Below, piece by piece: positions 1 to 13,656 of a DNA stretch of 64,000 bases; positions within the stretch are counted from its first letter, which is position 1, and every line of letters begins with the position of its first letter. The DNA comes from Octopus vulgaris (taxonomy: Eukaryota), in the NCBI GenBank assembly GCA_951406725.2, contig OX597814.1, positions 71,424,001 through 71,488,000 of the forward strand, written 5' to 3'. The notes under the pieces are model-generated. The model saw only the letters and a program-made list of their open reading frames with translations, had not been told where the DNA came from and did no database searches. The position numbers and the translations under genes were made by a program.

Positions 1-872
1 CACTTGATGCTTTTCTTTTACCGTAAAGGGAAAATGCTTCACAAGCAACAAAAGAAATATGCGCAGTTTATGGTGATGTTTTTTTATCCAAAAGAACTGT
101 ACGGAAGTGGTTCGCAAGGTTCTGAGCTGGAGATTGTAGCCTTATTGATAAAGAGCAATCAGGCAGACCATCCACTACAGATGATGACCAAATCAAGTCA
201 TTAATTGAGAATAGCCCACATTGCACAACTCGAGAATTCGCAGAAAGCCTCAACCTATCAAATTTCATCATTCATGAGTACCTGGTAAAGCTTGGGTACA
301 CAAATCACTACGATGTTTGGGTACCACATGAGTTGAGTGAGAAGAATCTTTTGGATCACATTTGCATTTGTGATTCACTTTATAAACGGAATGAAAATGC
401 GCATTTTTTAATGCAAATTGTGACAGGTGATGAGAAATGGATTATCTACCGAAATGTTCAGAGAAAGCGATCCTGGAGTAAGCGACATGAGCCACCCTTA
501 GCCACCCCAAAAGCAAGTCTTCACCCTAAAAATGTCTTGCTTTGTGTCTGGTGGGATTGGAAAGGAATTCTGTACTATAAGCTTCTCCCAAGTTACCTGA
601 CAATTAATTCTGAGAAATATTGCACACAACTGGATGAGTTAAAAGCAGCAATTCAAGAGAAATGTCCAGAATTGGCCAACAGGAAGGGTGTTGTTTTCCA
701 ACATGATAATGCAAGACTGCACATTTCTTTGGGAACCAGACAAAAATTGCTGCAGCTCAGCTGGAATGTGTTACCCCATCCTCCATATTCACCAGATATT
801 GCTCCTTCGGATTTCCATTTATTCAGGTCTCTGCAGAATAGTCTTAATGGTAAAAATTTCAATTCCTTGGGT
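1..872 (+). pseudogene. Mariner (D,D34D) transposase relic, mellifera/cecropia-like; frameshifted, 3' truncated, runs off the window at the 5' end
   Basis: Translation shows WVPHEL, VTGDEKW, FQHDNAR and HPPYSPDIAPSDFHLF; the N-terminal HTH region has a frameshift and a stop; similarity ends after NGKNFNSL. Confidence 0.95.
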
Positions 873-1579
873 GACACTTTTGCGTCACCCAAGGAATTGA
901 AAGGATTGTTCTTTTTCTTTTTTGTCTGAAACTTCCAATTCACCATAACTACCACAAGTCACCCTACTAAGGGATAAACCCTAGTTTATATTTTCTTGGT
1001 TACCTCAAGAAAGTTTCTCTATCAAAATTCTGTACAGTGTGAACTCATGGACAAATAGGCTAGCATTTGCCAACCATACCTGATAATAAACTGTTTCAAT
1101 ACACCAAGTTATGTAAGAATATCCAATGAAAATCAGTTATTAATTATTTTGGCTCTAAGACTTTTTTTATAATATACTTGAAAAATACTTTTACTTATTC
1201 AAGCCATAGTGCTTTGTCTGAAAGAATTCAAGTATATTACCATTATCTGGCTTCTATAAATAATCCATAATATATAGCAATAGTTGCTAAACTGTTAAAG
1301 AGCTATAAAGTCATTAACACAATTAATTATCTAGCTAGCACCTAACAAGATGGTACTCTTAATGTTAGTAATGATTATGATCGTTTGAACATAATGGGTT
1401 GGAATGGCTCATACAATAAATAATTCATCAATAAAACTATATATATTAAATTTGCAAAAGGTTTTAGTTCTAGTAATAACACTTTTAAACTTCACACACA
1501 TGCATGCATGTGTGTGTGTAAAATTTCTCCAGGGAGGGAAGCTATAGCTTTGCAAAACACACCAATGCAGCCAATCTCA

Positions 1580-1636
<57 letters not shown>

Positions 1637-2441
1637 GAGCAATAAATGTGAATGTTACAGTTATAGAAAACAAAGCAGGAATGTGAATACAGCCATTTAA
1701 GTTAATATTAGATATAAGAGGGGTCCTGGTTAGGATAAGTAGTTTAAGAAAGTGAAATGGTTTTGCTTTTCTACTGGCACTTCATTATGAAGCAGTTAAG
1801 TACAGACCCTTTATCAGATACAAGAAAATTTTTTGAAAGACAAAGATGAATAAGTGTGCTGATGCATGAAAGATTTTCCTAAAAGCTGGTAATTAATGAT
1901 GCAGGATTATGTAGAATAACACTGAGGGAATAAGATAGGTATTCAAATTAAGTGACATCTAATTTGGTTAAACTATGTTCTTGAAAGAGAAAAAGAGAAA
2001 CCTTTCCAAGAAAATATTATGAAAAAGAAGATATCTAGTGGGAATTAATCTTATAAAAATAAATAGAAAGAAAATGAAGTAAAAAAAAAAACCTTCCTCT
2101 CTCTCTCTCTCTCTCTGTCTATCTAAATACTTAGTTCATTGAGGGACAATAATTACTCTTTATGCAAATTATTTCTCTCAGAAATTTAAATCATAGGGAA
2201 GTATGTATATTTGGAGACAGAAAGAAACCTAAATAAGATTATTTAATGGAAAAATATATAATAAATGATCTGGTATTAACATTTATTATGACGGTCCAAG
2301 GAAGACAAAGGAAGTAATTGTGAAGGCAGATCTCAGAAAGTTGAACTTTAAAAAGGAGACAGCAGGCTACAAGTAGCAAGACACTGTTTTGGAGAGACCC
2401 ATTCAATCCTTATAAACATGAAAAAACAGTTGTAGGATGAT

Positions 2442-2563
2442 GAGGAGGGGGAGGACAGAGAGGAGGAGGAGGACAGAGAGGAGGAGGAGGACAGAGAGGA
2501 GGAGGAGGACAGAGAGGAGGAGGAGGACAGAGAGGGGGAGGAGGACAGAGAGGAGAAGGAGGG
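2442..2563. repeat. 18 bp tandem minisatellite (GAGGAGGAGGACAGAGAG), about 6.5 units
   Basis: Directly visible tandem units. Confidence 0.9.
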
Positions 2564-2748
2564 GGTATTGAGTTGATAGAAAAAAAAAAGTAGATTGCTT
2601 TACAACTTGTCTTACAATATTTATTATTCTGATTTCCATGGTATAATTTAGCCATTTGTCTCTCTAAAGCTTATTCAGATTACTATAACTCTTCCATAAT
2701 TTCCTTGTGTATACATAAGAAATCCATATCTATTAAATGGAATTCACT

Positions 2749-2963
2749 TTAACCCAGCTGAAACCACCTCTGGCTCTGTAGTACAAATGTCTTGCTTTCA
2801 TAAGTTTCGAATTAAAATCTTCTACCAAACCTTAGTCACAATTTATGTTCCTAACACTAGCTTAATAATAACTAAGTTATTTTACTAAATTCTTTGTTAT
2901 ATTTTAAATTAATTGAAAGAAATAGAGAGCATCTCAAAATAAATATGGTAAGGAAAGGGTTAA
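2749..2963. mobile_element. piggyBac-like MITE
   Basis: Bounded by TTAA-CCC...AAAGGG-TTAA; the right end resembles the piggyBac end at 38060-38141. Confidence 0.6.
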
Positions 2964-3404
2964 TGTCATGATAAATTCTTACCAAACTGAGTTCACAATA
3001 CAGATCTGATTCCTGCTGCACCCACTTCATTCACTGAATTTATCTGCCACCTGATTTAACATCACCATTTGACCTTTAGAGGAGTTCTCTGGTTCAAAAA
3101 TAGCATGTTCTCCTACAAGTCTCAGAGGCCTTGAAAAAGGTCATGTACATGGCTCTTCCTGGTTTGATTAAATCATTAAAAAATAATTTATCTATCACTG
3201 ACACCCTCAAGGAATGCTTCAACAGCACAAATTTTCATTTCTTGGTCACTAAAATTAGATTTTATGCATATATAAAGAATGGCTGTTTACTAAGAAGTTA
3301 AGAAAAATAGTAAAACAAATTGCTAGTAGCTGCAGACAGATTAAATTTTATAATTATAAATAATAATTATAAACATCAACATAATTATAAATAATTATAA
3401 ACAT

Positions 3405-3800
3405 AGGCGTAGGAGTGGCTGTGTGGTAAGTAGCTTGCTTACCAACCACATGGTTCCAGGTTCAGTCCCACTGCGTGGCACCTTGAGCAAGTGTCTTCTG
3501 CTATAGCCTCGGGCCGACCAAAGCCTTGTGAGTGGATTTGGTAGATGGAAACTGAAACAAGCCCGCTGTGTATATGTATATATATATGTATGTGTGTCTG
3601 TGTTTGTCCCCCCAACATCGCTTGACAACCAATGCTGGTGTGTTAACATCCCCGTAACTTAGCAGCTCGGCAAAAGAGACCGATAGAATAAGTACTAGGC
3701 TTACAAAGATTAAGTCCTGGGGTCGATTTGCTCAACTAAAGGCGGTGCTCCAGCATGGCTACAGTCAAATGAGTGAAACAAATAAAAGAGTAAAGAGTAA
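3405..3800 (+). mobile_element. Full-length tRNA-derived SINE with a CR1-group LINE-derived 3' tail
   Basis: A box TGGCTGTGTGG, B box GGTTCAGTCCC, internal microsatellite; tail GGCGGTGCTCCAGCATGGC..TGAAACAAATAAAAGAGTAAAGAGTA matches the LINE tails in this window. Confidence 0.9.
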
Positions 3801-3857
3801 TATTGATCTGAAATGCAGAGGTAAGTAGAAAATTAGACTTACTGGGATTAGGCACAA

Positions 3858-4066
3858 TTAACCCTTCAGCATTTAGATTACTCTGTGAAGTGTATCGCTT
3901 ATTTATTGAAAACATTTTGAATTAATCATGCATTATCTCATAATTTCAACGTTTCAATGATGTGATTATTTTTAGAATGACATAGTGGGGTAGGCATGAG
4001 AGCTAGATTTGATTGGTTTGAACAGAAAACAAGAAGAATATTTTGGCTGCTTTAAATGCTTAAAGA
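3858..4066. mobile_element. Degenerate piggyBac-like MITE
   Basis: Starts TTAACCCTTCAGCATTTA and ends TAAATGCTTAAAG (imperfect inverted termini). Confidence 0.4.
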
Positions 4067-5494
4067 AGTAGCCTAAGCTAATATCAAAGAAATATTCAAT
4101 AAGTTGTGAAGTGAAATAGTCATAGACTGCAATTAAGCCGAATTGGCATAAAAAAATGTTTACATAGTTATTTGATCTTCTAGAAACAGCAGCTAAATAT
4201 CCTCCAAATCACACTCAAGCATGTTTGAAAAAAGAACAATTGAACAATGTAGTCCTAGATATACAAAATGACAAGATAGTCATGACTGAAATGCCTTTGA
4301 CTATAGACTTGTTGGACCAAGGTTGACTTGGACTGAGTGACGTTAAGATTATTTAAAAAATAGTTCCATGGCTGGTTGTTGACAAATTTTTCCACTTTGT
4401 AAGGGTTCATTTACACAGTATTTTTGCCATTCTGATGTTCTAATGGCAATTCTGTGTTTGAAAAAATATCATCTAATTTGTATCGGCCAATACACATTCC
4501 AATGCTTGTAAAAACAAATGTCAGTTTGTTTATATTCATACATGTAATAAAAAAAGTGTTTACATTTAGTTATACACCTTACATTCTAGAAAACAATGGA
4601 TCATGTACCAGTATAAATGTATTTACACACATAAATTTGCATATTATCTTTATAACATTTGCAATATGTCAAAATATTTCAAGAAGCCTAGACATGCTTT
4701 TGCCTTGGATTGCAACAAAGCAAATGACATTTATTGGGTCTACTATGCTCTGCTATTCTCCACTTCTTACAACTAGTTATTATTCATGTCCAGCCTTTAT
4801 TATCTCTCTTACTAATACTACTATATTTACCACTTGTGCCCTCTTTTCTTAGCAAACATCCTCCTCTACATCTTGCCAACACTACCCACCCCCTTCTCAA
4901 TCTAGTCACTCATTGCTGATAAACATGACAATCTCTTACCTCTCACCATTTCCATGATCATCTACCAAGTAACTCTCTTGCCAGCAAACATGTAGTTTTT
5001 AATACTGCCTCTTTCTCATTACCCTCTGTCATTAAAGTCTTGTCCCTTTTCTCCCTCCTTTCCCACATTGTCACTCATTTCCTCATTTCACCCTAATTAA
5101 TCTTCTGTAATCACTTTAATTTCTATCAACTCTATTAGCCATGGTGCCTGGAATAAATCATAACACCACTGAGCAGCAAGAACTATTTTATCTAGCAAGT
5201 ACAAAGCAATCTTACTGTTGCTGGTGCCATGATAAAATGTACCTAGTTCATTTTATAAAGTGATTGTGGAATGAACAGAGAAACTAAAGTGTCAAAATGA
5301 CTTGTTGAGAACATGACAATCTCATTACTACTGACGCCATTCTGTGAAGTGGTTGGTCTCAGGGGGAGCATCCAACTGCAAAAATCAAGCCAAAAATGAA
5401 ATTAATAAGGAAGACATGGTCTTCCAAACAGTCACATGGAGCATTAACTCAGAAAAGGAACTAACTCAGACCACAATGACCCCTCCAATCAATG

Positions 5495-5604
5495 CACCTT
5501 GGTCTTTTACTATAGGCCCAGGCTGACCAAAGATTTCTAAGTGGATTTAGTTGATAGAAAGTGAAAGAAATCAGTCATATATATATATATATATATATAT
5601 ATGA

Positions 5605-5635
<31 letters not shown>

Positions 5636-5922
5636 CAAGAGTTTACATCTGATGACAAAACAATAGGCATGTACTATAAGTGCTCATTTAGGTTCACCAC
5701 TAAAACTCTTTCTATATATATATGTATTGAGGTATGTATATACATATGTATGTATGTGTTTGTTGTCCACCACTGCTTGACAACCAGTGATGGTTTAGTT
5801 TTCTCCCATAACTTAACATTTTGGCAAAAGAGATGTACAGGATTCAATTTGTTCAACTAAACCCTGCAAGGTAGTGCCCAAGCATGACCACAGTCCAATG
5901 ACTGAAACAAGTAAAGGATAAA
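5495..5922 (+). mobile_element. Degenerate copy of the 3405-3800 SINE (head lost)
   Basis: Alignable body and tail CAAGCATGACCACAGTCCAATGACTGAAACAAGTAAA. Confidence 0.75.
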
Positions 5923-6574
5923 ACTGAGTGCTAGAAGAGTTGTGTCCCACCCTCTCTACCCTAAGAAATTGAACAACTTCTCTTCTAACTGCATCTGTCT
6001 CTTCCTCATATTTCCTTTTCATAAATTATGATTGTTTTCCAGTCTCCTTTCTTGCCCTCACTGTGCTGCTCACTGTATCACTGCTCCCCACACCCCTACC
6101 CTATTTTTCTAACCAGGTTCCATGTTCATATCCTTGTTACTTGTGAGTATATCCTAGCACTACACCATCTCTCTTTTACTCACTCTTACACTTTTGATGT
6201 TTTCTACTCTCTCTCTATTTCCTTTTGGTCACTCTCTCTCTCTCCTCATGTTTTCCCTCTGACTAGGTATCCAAGTATCTCCTTTACATCAGCACACTTG
6301 TTACTGGCCTCTCATTCTATTTCTCTCTCTCTCTCACTGGGTAACCATGTACCTCGTCTATAGCAAGACACCTATTTCTGCCTCTCTATTTCCCTGTTAC
6401 ATTCTAACTTTTTATCATTTGATACTGCATCACCTCCTCTAATGCCCACTCTATTGTGGTAAGACACCTGCTTCTGTCTCTTTGTCACACTCTAACCTTT
6501 CATCTCTAACATAAGTTCCCCTCCTCAAATGCCCTGCCCTCTCATAATTCCTTGTCTTGTGAGTTACTTGGTTA

Positions 6575-6870
6575 CCCTGCCAGTGCTGGTGCCACATTAA
6601 AAGCATCCAGTTCACACTGTAACATAGTTGGCATTTGGAAGGGCATCCAGCTGTAAAAATCATGCCAAAACTAACCTCACCTGTACTAGTGCCATGTAAA
6701 AAGCACTGAGTACACTCTGTGGAGTGGTTGGTGTTAGGAAGGGCATCCAACTGTAAAATGCCTGCCAAAACTGATGCAGTAGCCTATGGTAGATTTTCTA
6801 TCTGGCCGGCTCCTGTCAACCATCCTACCTAGATATGCATGGAAGATGGAAGTTAAACGATGATGATGAT
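6575..6870 (+). mobile_element. Old RTE-type 3' tail (non-autonomous element) ending in (GAT)n
   Basis: GGAAGGGCATCCAGCTGTA motif twice and GTTAAACGATGATGATGAT end, as in the RTE 3' UTR at 25800-25974. Confidence 0.75.
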
Positions 6871-7859
6871 CAGGTGTATATATACACACAGGTACACACA
6901 TAATGCCATATTTACTTTGTTTACGCTGTACTCCATCTCTTACATGGAATGGTTATTACAAAACTTTTATAATGAAATGTTACATGAAAGATATGACTAC
7001 AAGGGCCAGGAAGCGTTGCAAATGTCTCCTGTCATAAGCTACTCTTAGAAAAGAGTAACCAATGCATGACAAATAAATGTTTTTTAGATTACACTAGTAG
7101 TAGCCATTGTGACAATATTTAACATGTGGTAAAAATTTACCTGTTTACACAAATCTCTTTAACACATTTACAGCCTAATAGACAACCCAAATAAAACATT
7201 TTCCAGTTCTCTCTTGACCTTTGCTCTTGTGTTTCCTTATTTCTCCAAATCCATTTCTTTTAAATTTTGCTAGCATCATTACTCACTATGGCTTCTGTCA
7301 ATTATCTGTTTAACTCATCACTATCCACTCCCAACAATCTTCTGTAACAACCAGTTAATAGCTCAAAATATCAAAACCAAGAACAACATTTATAGTTAAG
7401 TTTTCATAAATGGAAATGTATTATAAAATATTCAAGATGGTGCACCCATATGTAATGTGGACTCACATGGTTTAGCAGTTATTATAGTAGCAACTGGATG
7501 TGATAAAGATAGAATTACCTGAAACTATGTACAGAAAAAAAAAAAACTGTGATTTATACATCGAAATACACATGTGTGAGAATGTCTCAGACACACATAT
7601 TCATACAAATACCAAAAAAACACAGTGGCATTGAATAAAATATATTCATGCAGAAATAGTCCTGATATATATATATATATATATATATATACTGGTTATA
7701 GATACTAAGATACTGGTAGCAGACAGATATAATTTTAATGTACCTATTAAGTCACCATGGGAACAATGATGATTTTCATTTTACTAGGGATTGGACATAT
7801 GTGTCTGTAGACTGCAGGATAAAGTTCTTTTATTGTTCTGTTTCTTCACCTCAAATTGT

Positions 7860-8100
7860 TTAGATGCATCATGACATATTTTACACTATAAATCAATCTA
7901 GGCAATAAACTTACCACAGATACTATATTAAGTTGTAGGGATTTTAGCGATTGCCTCAACATATGCTTATACATTGGCAGGAGTCTTCCGTTACTTGTTG
8001 GCCATACAAAAAACGTTTTGGAATATGACCATCTTGCATTCGAACATGTTCTGTCTATTTGAACTGAATTCTCAACAGCATGCTTTTTATGCTGGAGAAT
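7860..8100 (-). pseudogene. Degenerate RTE/BovB-type ORF C-terminal fragment
   Basis: Minus frame reads SIKSMLLRIQFK*TEHVRMQDGHIPKRFLYGQ, similar to the RTE motif LRWxGHVxRMxDxRIPKxLLYG. Confidence 0.6.
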
Positions 8101-8200
8101 CTCTCTCTCTCTCTCCCTCTCTCTCACACACACACACACAGAAATAGGTATAAATAAAGGTACGCACACGTGTGTGTGTGTGTGTGTGTGTGTATTTAAA

Positions 8201-8713
8201 TACAAGGATGGGCTGAAAAGTCCATAGGCTGATTATGAAAGAATGGTTCTAGAGCTGAGAAATCCTGCATGCATTAATTTCAACTCTTATTAATAACTAC
8301 ACTGTTTCTTTCAGGTAAACTGGCATCTAACTGTTCAAAGAAGACTTCAAAACTAACTAATAGTGACTTCTCTTGAAAACTGACAAAATTTGGCACCATG
8401 ATGTTATCAAATAACTGCAGAAAAATGGTTTAGACCCTAAGAACATTCATGCTGGTATGGTTGCTACATTAGGAGACGGTACTCCAGCTTTATCAACAAT
8501 GCAAAAGTGGGCAGCTGAATTGGAAGGAAGAGTTTTGATGATGACCCAAGGTCTGGACATCTTGCAACTGCCACCACCAAAGAAAACATCGAGCATGTTC
8601 ACCACATGGTGATGGATCACAGGTGATTGATTATAAATCAAATAGCCAATGCTATTAGCATATCCCATGAGAGAGCTGAGAATATTTTGCACAATAGACT
8701 TGGCATGACAATG
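8201..8713 (+). mobile_element. Mariner (irritans-like) left TIR and N-terminal half
   Basis: TIR TACAAGGATGGGCTGAAAAGTCCATAGGCTGA; translation MVATLGDGTPALSTMQKWAAE..DDPRSG..ENILHNRLGMTM. Confidence 0.85.
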
Positions 8714-9083
8714 TAAATTATTTATTTGTTCTGTATGTTCAATTAATATAGCAAAACCATTCTGGACCAATTTTAATGTAAGGGATTATCTATAATGCAA
8801 GTAAAAGAAAGGCTTCTTCGAGGCCTACTGTTAAAATCATGTTAAGCATGAGGGTAGCATTTTAACTCTGTTTTCTAGCATTAAAATTTGGGTCACATTC
8901 TATACATGATTGCATGGCATATGCATAGTAAATACAGAATATCTCACTGGCTGCCTGTAAAAAAAAAAATCTCTTAATATTTATCTCCTAGAATATCTGT
9001 TAGATAGATTTATAATCTGTTTTAGCATCAAAACACTTTTATCAGTATTCTCTCTCTCTCTCCTTAATATTAAGAAATATTTC

Positions 9084-9146
<63 letters not shown>

Positions 9147-9917
9147 GAGAGAGAGAGAGAGAGATGTTAGATACCATTGGTTTAATCATACTCTGATGTT
9201 TTTGACATGCTTATTTTTCTGCTTCTGCTCGATATTATCAGCAACAAGATTATTGATTAAGAACTAAATACCTATGAATCTTCCTCCATCTGCTTATCCT
9301 GACCAAAGTAAACTCTTTTTACAACCACTATAATTTTTAAACATACATTTAGATTGTATTTCTGCACTCAGCAACTGAACTTGTGTTAGTGTATGCATTG
9401 AACTTTCCACTGCGTTTATTCTGTGTAGGTATTGTGATTTGTTACACAATATTTCATAGCATACAAACATTATATATTTTGCAGCCCTGTGTTTCAAGGG
9501 TTTTGACAGTTGGTTGAAGATATATATTTTTGGAGATTTCTAATTAGCAGATTTCGACATTATCAAAATTTCATGTTACATAGACAATCAGCAGTGAAGA
9601 AGAGAAGGTCGATAAATACATGTATTGTAGGCTGCTGTATGAATTTTTCATAAAAGAAACTAAAAATAAGAGAACAAATGAAAGTGCCAATAATGATAAA
9701 AATAAGAGAACAAATGAAAGTGCCAATAATGATAAGTAAAAAATATATATATACTTTTAACATTAAAACATTACAATTCTTGCCAATGCCAGTCTCCTTC
9801 AATTCTCTGTTACCTGTGTAAATATAGGTATATGTATGTATGTGTGTGTGTGTGTGTGTTTACATGAGGATATATTTATATATGTATATTTCTTGCCCAC
9901 TTATTTCTTTTAATGTG

Positions 9918-11003
9918 TGTGAGGGTCAGCTGAAAAGTTCACAGGCTGACATTCTCATGGAATATGACCAAATGAGGTTTTTTTTTCATCCCCCTTGCAG
10001 TTCACATACTTCTTCCATCAGTGTTGCAGTACTTGGATCCCATTGGTGAACAAGCTTTCATCCGGTTGGTCAAACAAGTCATCAGTAGCTGATATGATGT
10101 CATCATCACTGCAATACTGGTCCCCAGTCAAGTGTTCTATCATGTTAGTGAATAGATGATAGTTAGATGGGGCCAAATCAGGAGAATAAGGAGGATGATC
10201 AACCAGTTCAAAGCTACAGTCATGCACAGCAGTGATTGAAACCAACGACTTGTATGCTGGAGCATTGTCCTGGTGAAACAAGACACCTTTCATCAGTTTT
10301 TCTGGGTGTTTGGTCTTCATAGCTTTTTGACATAGAACTTTCAATTGATGGTTTGGCCCTTTTGAAAATAGTTAATATGCACAATCTCTTTTGCATCCCA
10401 ATAAAACTGAGGCCATCTCTTTAACAGGTTTCTGTTATTTCACTGTAGCCACACTGGAGCACCACCTCAAAAGGTTTTAGTCAAAGAAATTGACCCCAGG
10501 ACTTATTCTTTTTAAGAACTGCTAACTTATGGGGACCTAAATACACCAACATTGGTTGTCAACTGATGAGGTGGGGGCAGCAAACACAGACACAAAGACA
10601 CACATAAATACACACACACATATAACAGGCTTCTTTCAGGTTCCATCTACCAAATCCCCTCACAAGACTTTGGTTGGGCCAGGGCTACAGAAGAAGACAC
10701 TTGCCCAAAGTGCTATGCAGTGGGACCGAACCTGGAACTATATGGCTGGGAAGCAAGCTCCTTACCACACAGTCAAACAAATGAAATGTCCTTGGCCTTC
10801 TTTGGAGCAGGTGAGGAGGGTATTTCCACTGCATGGATTGATCTTTATCTCTGGCTCAAAGTGATGAAGCCAACACTCATTCTGGTTTTGGAAACATTCA
10901 AGGAAACCAGCTGGATCTGCCTCAGACAATGTCAGACTTTCCAGCCTGATACATTTTGATCAGGTGTCATAAGACATGGCACTGACCGAGCACAAACCAT
11001 TGT
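9918..11003 (-). mobile_element. Mariner C-terminal half and right TIR (inverted partner of 8201-8713), interrupted by a SINE
   Basis: Minus translation VCARSVPCLMTPDQ..WLHHFEPE..FHQDNAPAY..HPPYSPDLAPSNYHLF; TIR GAGGGTCAGCTGAAAAGTTCACAGGCTGA at about 9920. Confidence 0.85.
10428..10775 (-). mobile_element. Degenerate copy of the 3405-3800 SINE nested in the mariner
   Basis: Reverse complement shows the head TGACTGTGTGGTAAG..GGTTCGGTCCCACTGC and the tail GGTGGTGCTCCAGTGTGGCTACAG. Confidence 0.8.
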
Positions 11004-13030
11004 TACAGAGTGAGCAAAAAAGATTTACCTTTATCATACGGAAATGATTTAGATAGAATATTCCATTTCAAATCAAATTGTTTATTATGTTCTTTTAGAG
11101 ACCAAATGAATTTACTAAGCCCAGTATTGTTATATCTAAATGTAGAGTAATGATTAGATATTCTTTTGGACAACTGAGATGAAGAACTACCTATATAAAA
11201 AAAAAAGACGTCAGAACCGTAAGTAATTTTACATTGATAAATAGTTTCTTGTTTTAGAATTACTGCTAAGGAAACGAATCGAGTGGAATCTATATCAGAA
11301 ATACTAATATTGTTGCTATTATTATTTAAAGAATGGTTAGTGTTAATATCGGTGCACTTATCAAAAATATTCCAGATAAATATATTTCTACTTTAGTTAA
11401 AAAATTAAAGCCTAATAATATGCTCTAATTCGTTCCAAGTGGTCAACTGGTTTAATTCTATTAATAACAAGAAGTGCACTAAGTTTATCCAGTTTGACAT
11501 TTCTAGTTTCTATTCTTCTATCAACTCAATTGTACTCAATAAGACATTTTGGTTTTCACACAACAAAGCAGGTCTCACCAGGGATGAAATTGATGTCGTG
11601 TTAGCTGCCAGAAAATCTATTATTAAATTTGATAATAAGCTGTGGATCCGTAAAGATATACCCAACAGTTTTGATGTCACAATGCGAAGTTCTGATTCAG
11701 CACAAATTGCTGATTTGGTATATATATCCTTTATGAGATGGCTGACCAATTCCCAAACAACAATGGAGGTCTATATCGTAATGACTGTCTACTCTACCTT
11801 CAAAATACCTCTAACCAAAAATTACAAAGGGTTAAAAATAGGTTGGTTAAATTCTTTTGAAGCATGGGCTTAAGCATTGTTTTCGATGATGATATAGCTA
11901 AAGTGAACTTTTTGGATACTACCCTTAACTTACATAATGATTCATATTTCCCATACCATAAACCCTCAACTAATTTAAAATATATTAGCTCTTTCAGTAA
12001 TCACTGTAAGGCTATTACAAGGAATTTAGTTAGGAATATTTTACTTAGACTTTCTAGATTATCTGCTAATGTTGATATCTTCAATGATAAAGCTGAATTT
12101 TATAACTCTGCCTACCTTAAAGCAGGCTATAAAGAAAAAATTACCTATATTAGCCCTATTGACATTAATTCTACCACTATTAATCAGGACATGAAATCAA
12201 GTCATAACGATATTAAAAAATTAATTTTAGTTCGAATAACAACACTAAATCAAGTAATGTAATCCTGCAGCATTAGGGAGATAACCGTTCTTTAAGACCC
12301 TTTCTTCATTATAAAGGTACATCAAGGACTTTTAAAGATAATTACCCTAATAATGAGGTATGTCATAGCAAAACTGTTTGGTTGATAATTCCATATGGTG
12401 AGCAGATCAAATCTGACCTCCCTTACCAGTTTTGTGAAGCTATAGATAAGAATTTCCCTCCAAAATTAAAGATACTATTTGATTATTAATTTACAGCAAA
12501 TCAGGATAGCGTTTTCTAACACCAAAAACCTTTCACAAAGCATCTCTTTGTATAATAAGTTGTTAAATACAAATCAACCTAATGAAAATAATAACAATGA
12601 TGTTATTAACATTAACCATTCTTTAAATAATAATAGCAACAATATTAGTATTTCTGATATAAATTCCAATTGCATTCATTTCCTTAGCAGTAATTCTAAA
12701 ACAAGAAACTATTTATCAATGTAAAATTACTTCCGATTCTGACGTCTTTTTATATAGATAGTTCTTCATCTCAGTTGTCCAAAAGAATATCTAATCATTA
12801 CTCTACATAAAGATATATCAATAAATGTAACACTACTGGGCTTAGAAAATAAATTTGGTTTCTAAAAAAACATAATAAACAATTTGATTTAGAATGGAAT
12901 ATTCTATCTAAATCATTTCTGTATGATAAAGGTAAATCTTTTTGCTCACTCTGTAACGATGAACTTTATTTCATCCTGTTCTTAGAGAATCCTCATATTA
13001 ACACTGTAAAATTCGAATTTTAACTGTCTT
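11004..13030 (+). mobile_element. Penelope-like element (probably Naiad-type) relic: RT and GIY-YIG remnants with a 5' inverted arm (11004-11349 mirrors 12602-12958)
   Basis: FIQFDISSFY, FDVTMRSSDSAQIADLV, GGLYRND, VNFLDTTLNL..PYHKP..SNH; the C-terminal ISNHYST..TTGL..IW.LK..EWNIL..CSLC aligns with the ORF at 40244-41150; many stops and frameshifts. Confidence 0.88.
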
Positions 13031-13436
13031 CTTACATTTCACTTCCACTGAATATATCTATTTCCATGCCTTTAACCTTCATTCCTATTCATTTATCACA
13101 CTATATTTCTCCACTTGCAATTTTCTGCTAATTTCTTTCTTGCTCCTCCTTCTCTTTCTATAAATTGCTTTTGATGTTATATGAAAGGTTGCAAAAAAAA
13201 GAGAATGAATGGGAGAAAGAGAGTCTGCCAAATGCCAACCCAACAGAGGGACCAGCTATCTGAATTGACAGTATTACATGTCGAAAGTGAAACAACAACA
13301 TCTCTATTGTACTGTGAGATAATAGTTTCAGTCTAATACTTTCACTATTAATACTGAATCTATTATCTCACATATATAAATGCATACCCACACACGTGTA
13401 TATACATACATACATACATATATATATATATATATG

Positions 13437-13478
<42 letters not shown>

Positions 13479-13656
13479 CATATATATACATATATGTATA
13501 AATATACGTATATATGTATACGTACATGTATATATATATATATACATATATGTGTATATATATACATGTATATAAATATATATGTATATAAATATATATA
13601 TATATATATATGTGTATATATCTATATATATATATATATATGTATATATATGTATA

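Noticed and set aside
333-929. Domesticated SETMAR-like gene
   Set aside because: Frameshift and stop upstream, truncated C-terminus, no SET domain
2403-2655. Leu-rich or Pro/Cys-rich small proteins
   Set aside because: Translations of the 18 bp minisatellite
7137-8205. Host exons on the minus strand (GT donors near 7140, 7518 and 7915)
   Set aside because: The 7140-7343 candidate has stops in all frames and 7860-8100 is a decayed RTE fragment; no coherent gene model
13255-13300. Hammerhead downstream of the old PLE (CTGAATTgaca..tgtcGAAA)
   Set aside because: Core and stem III too degenerate to call
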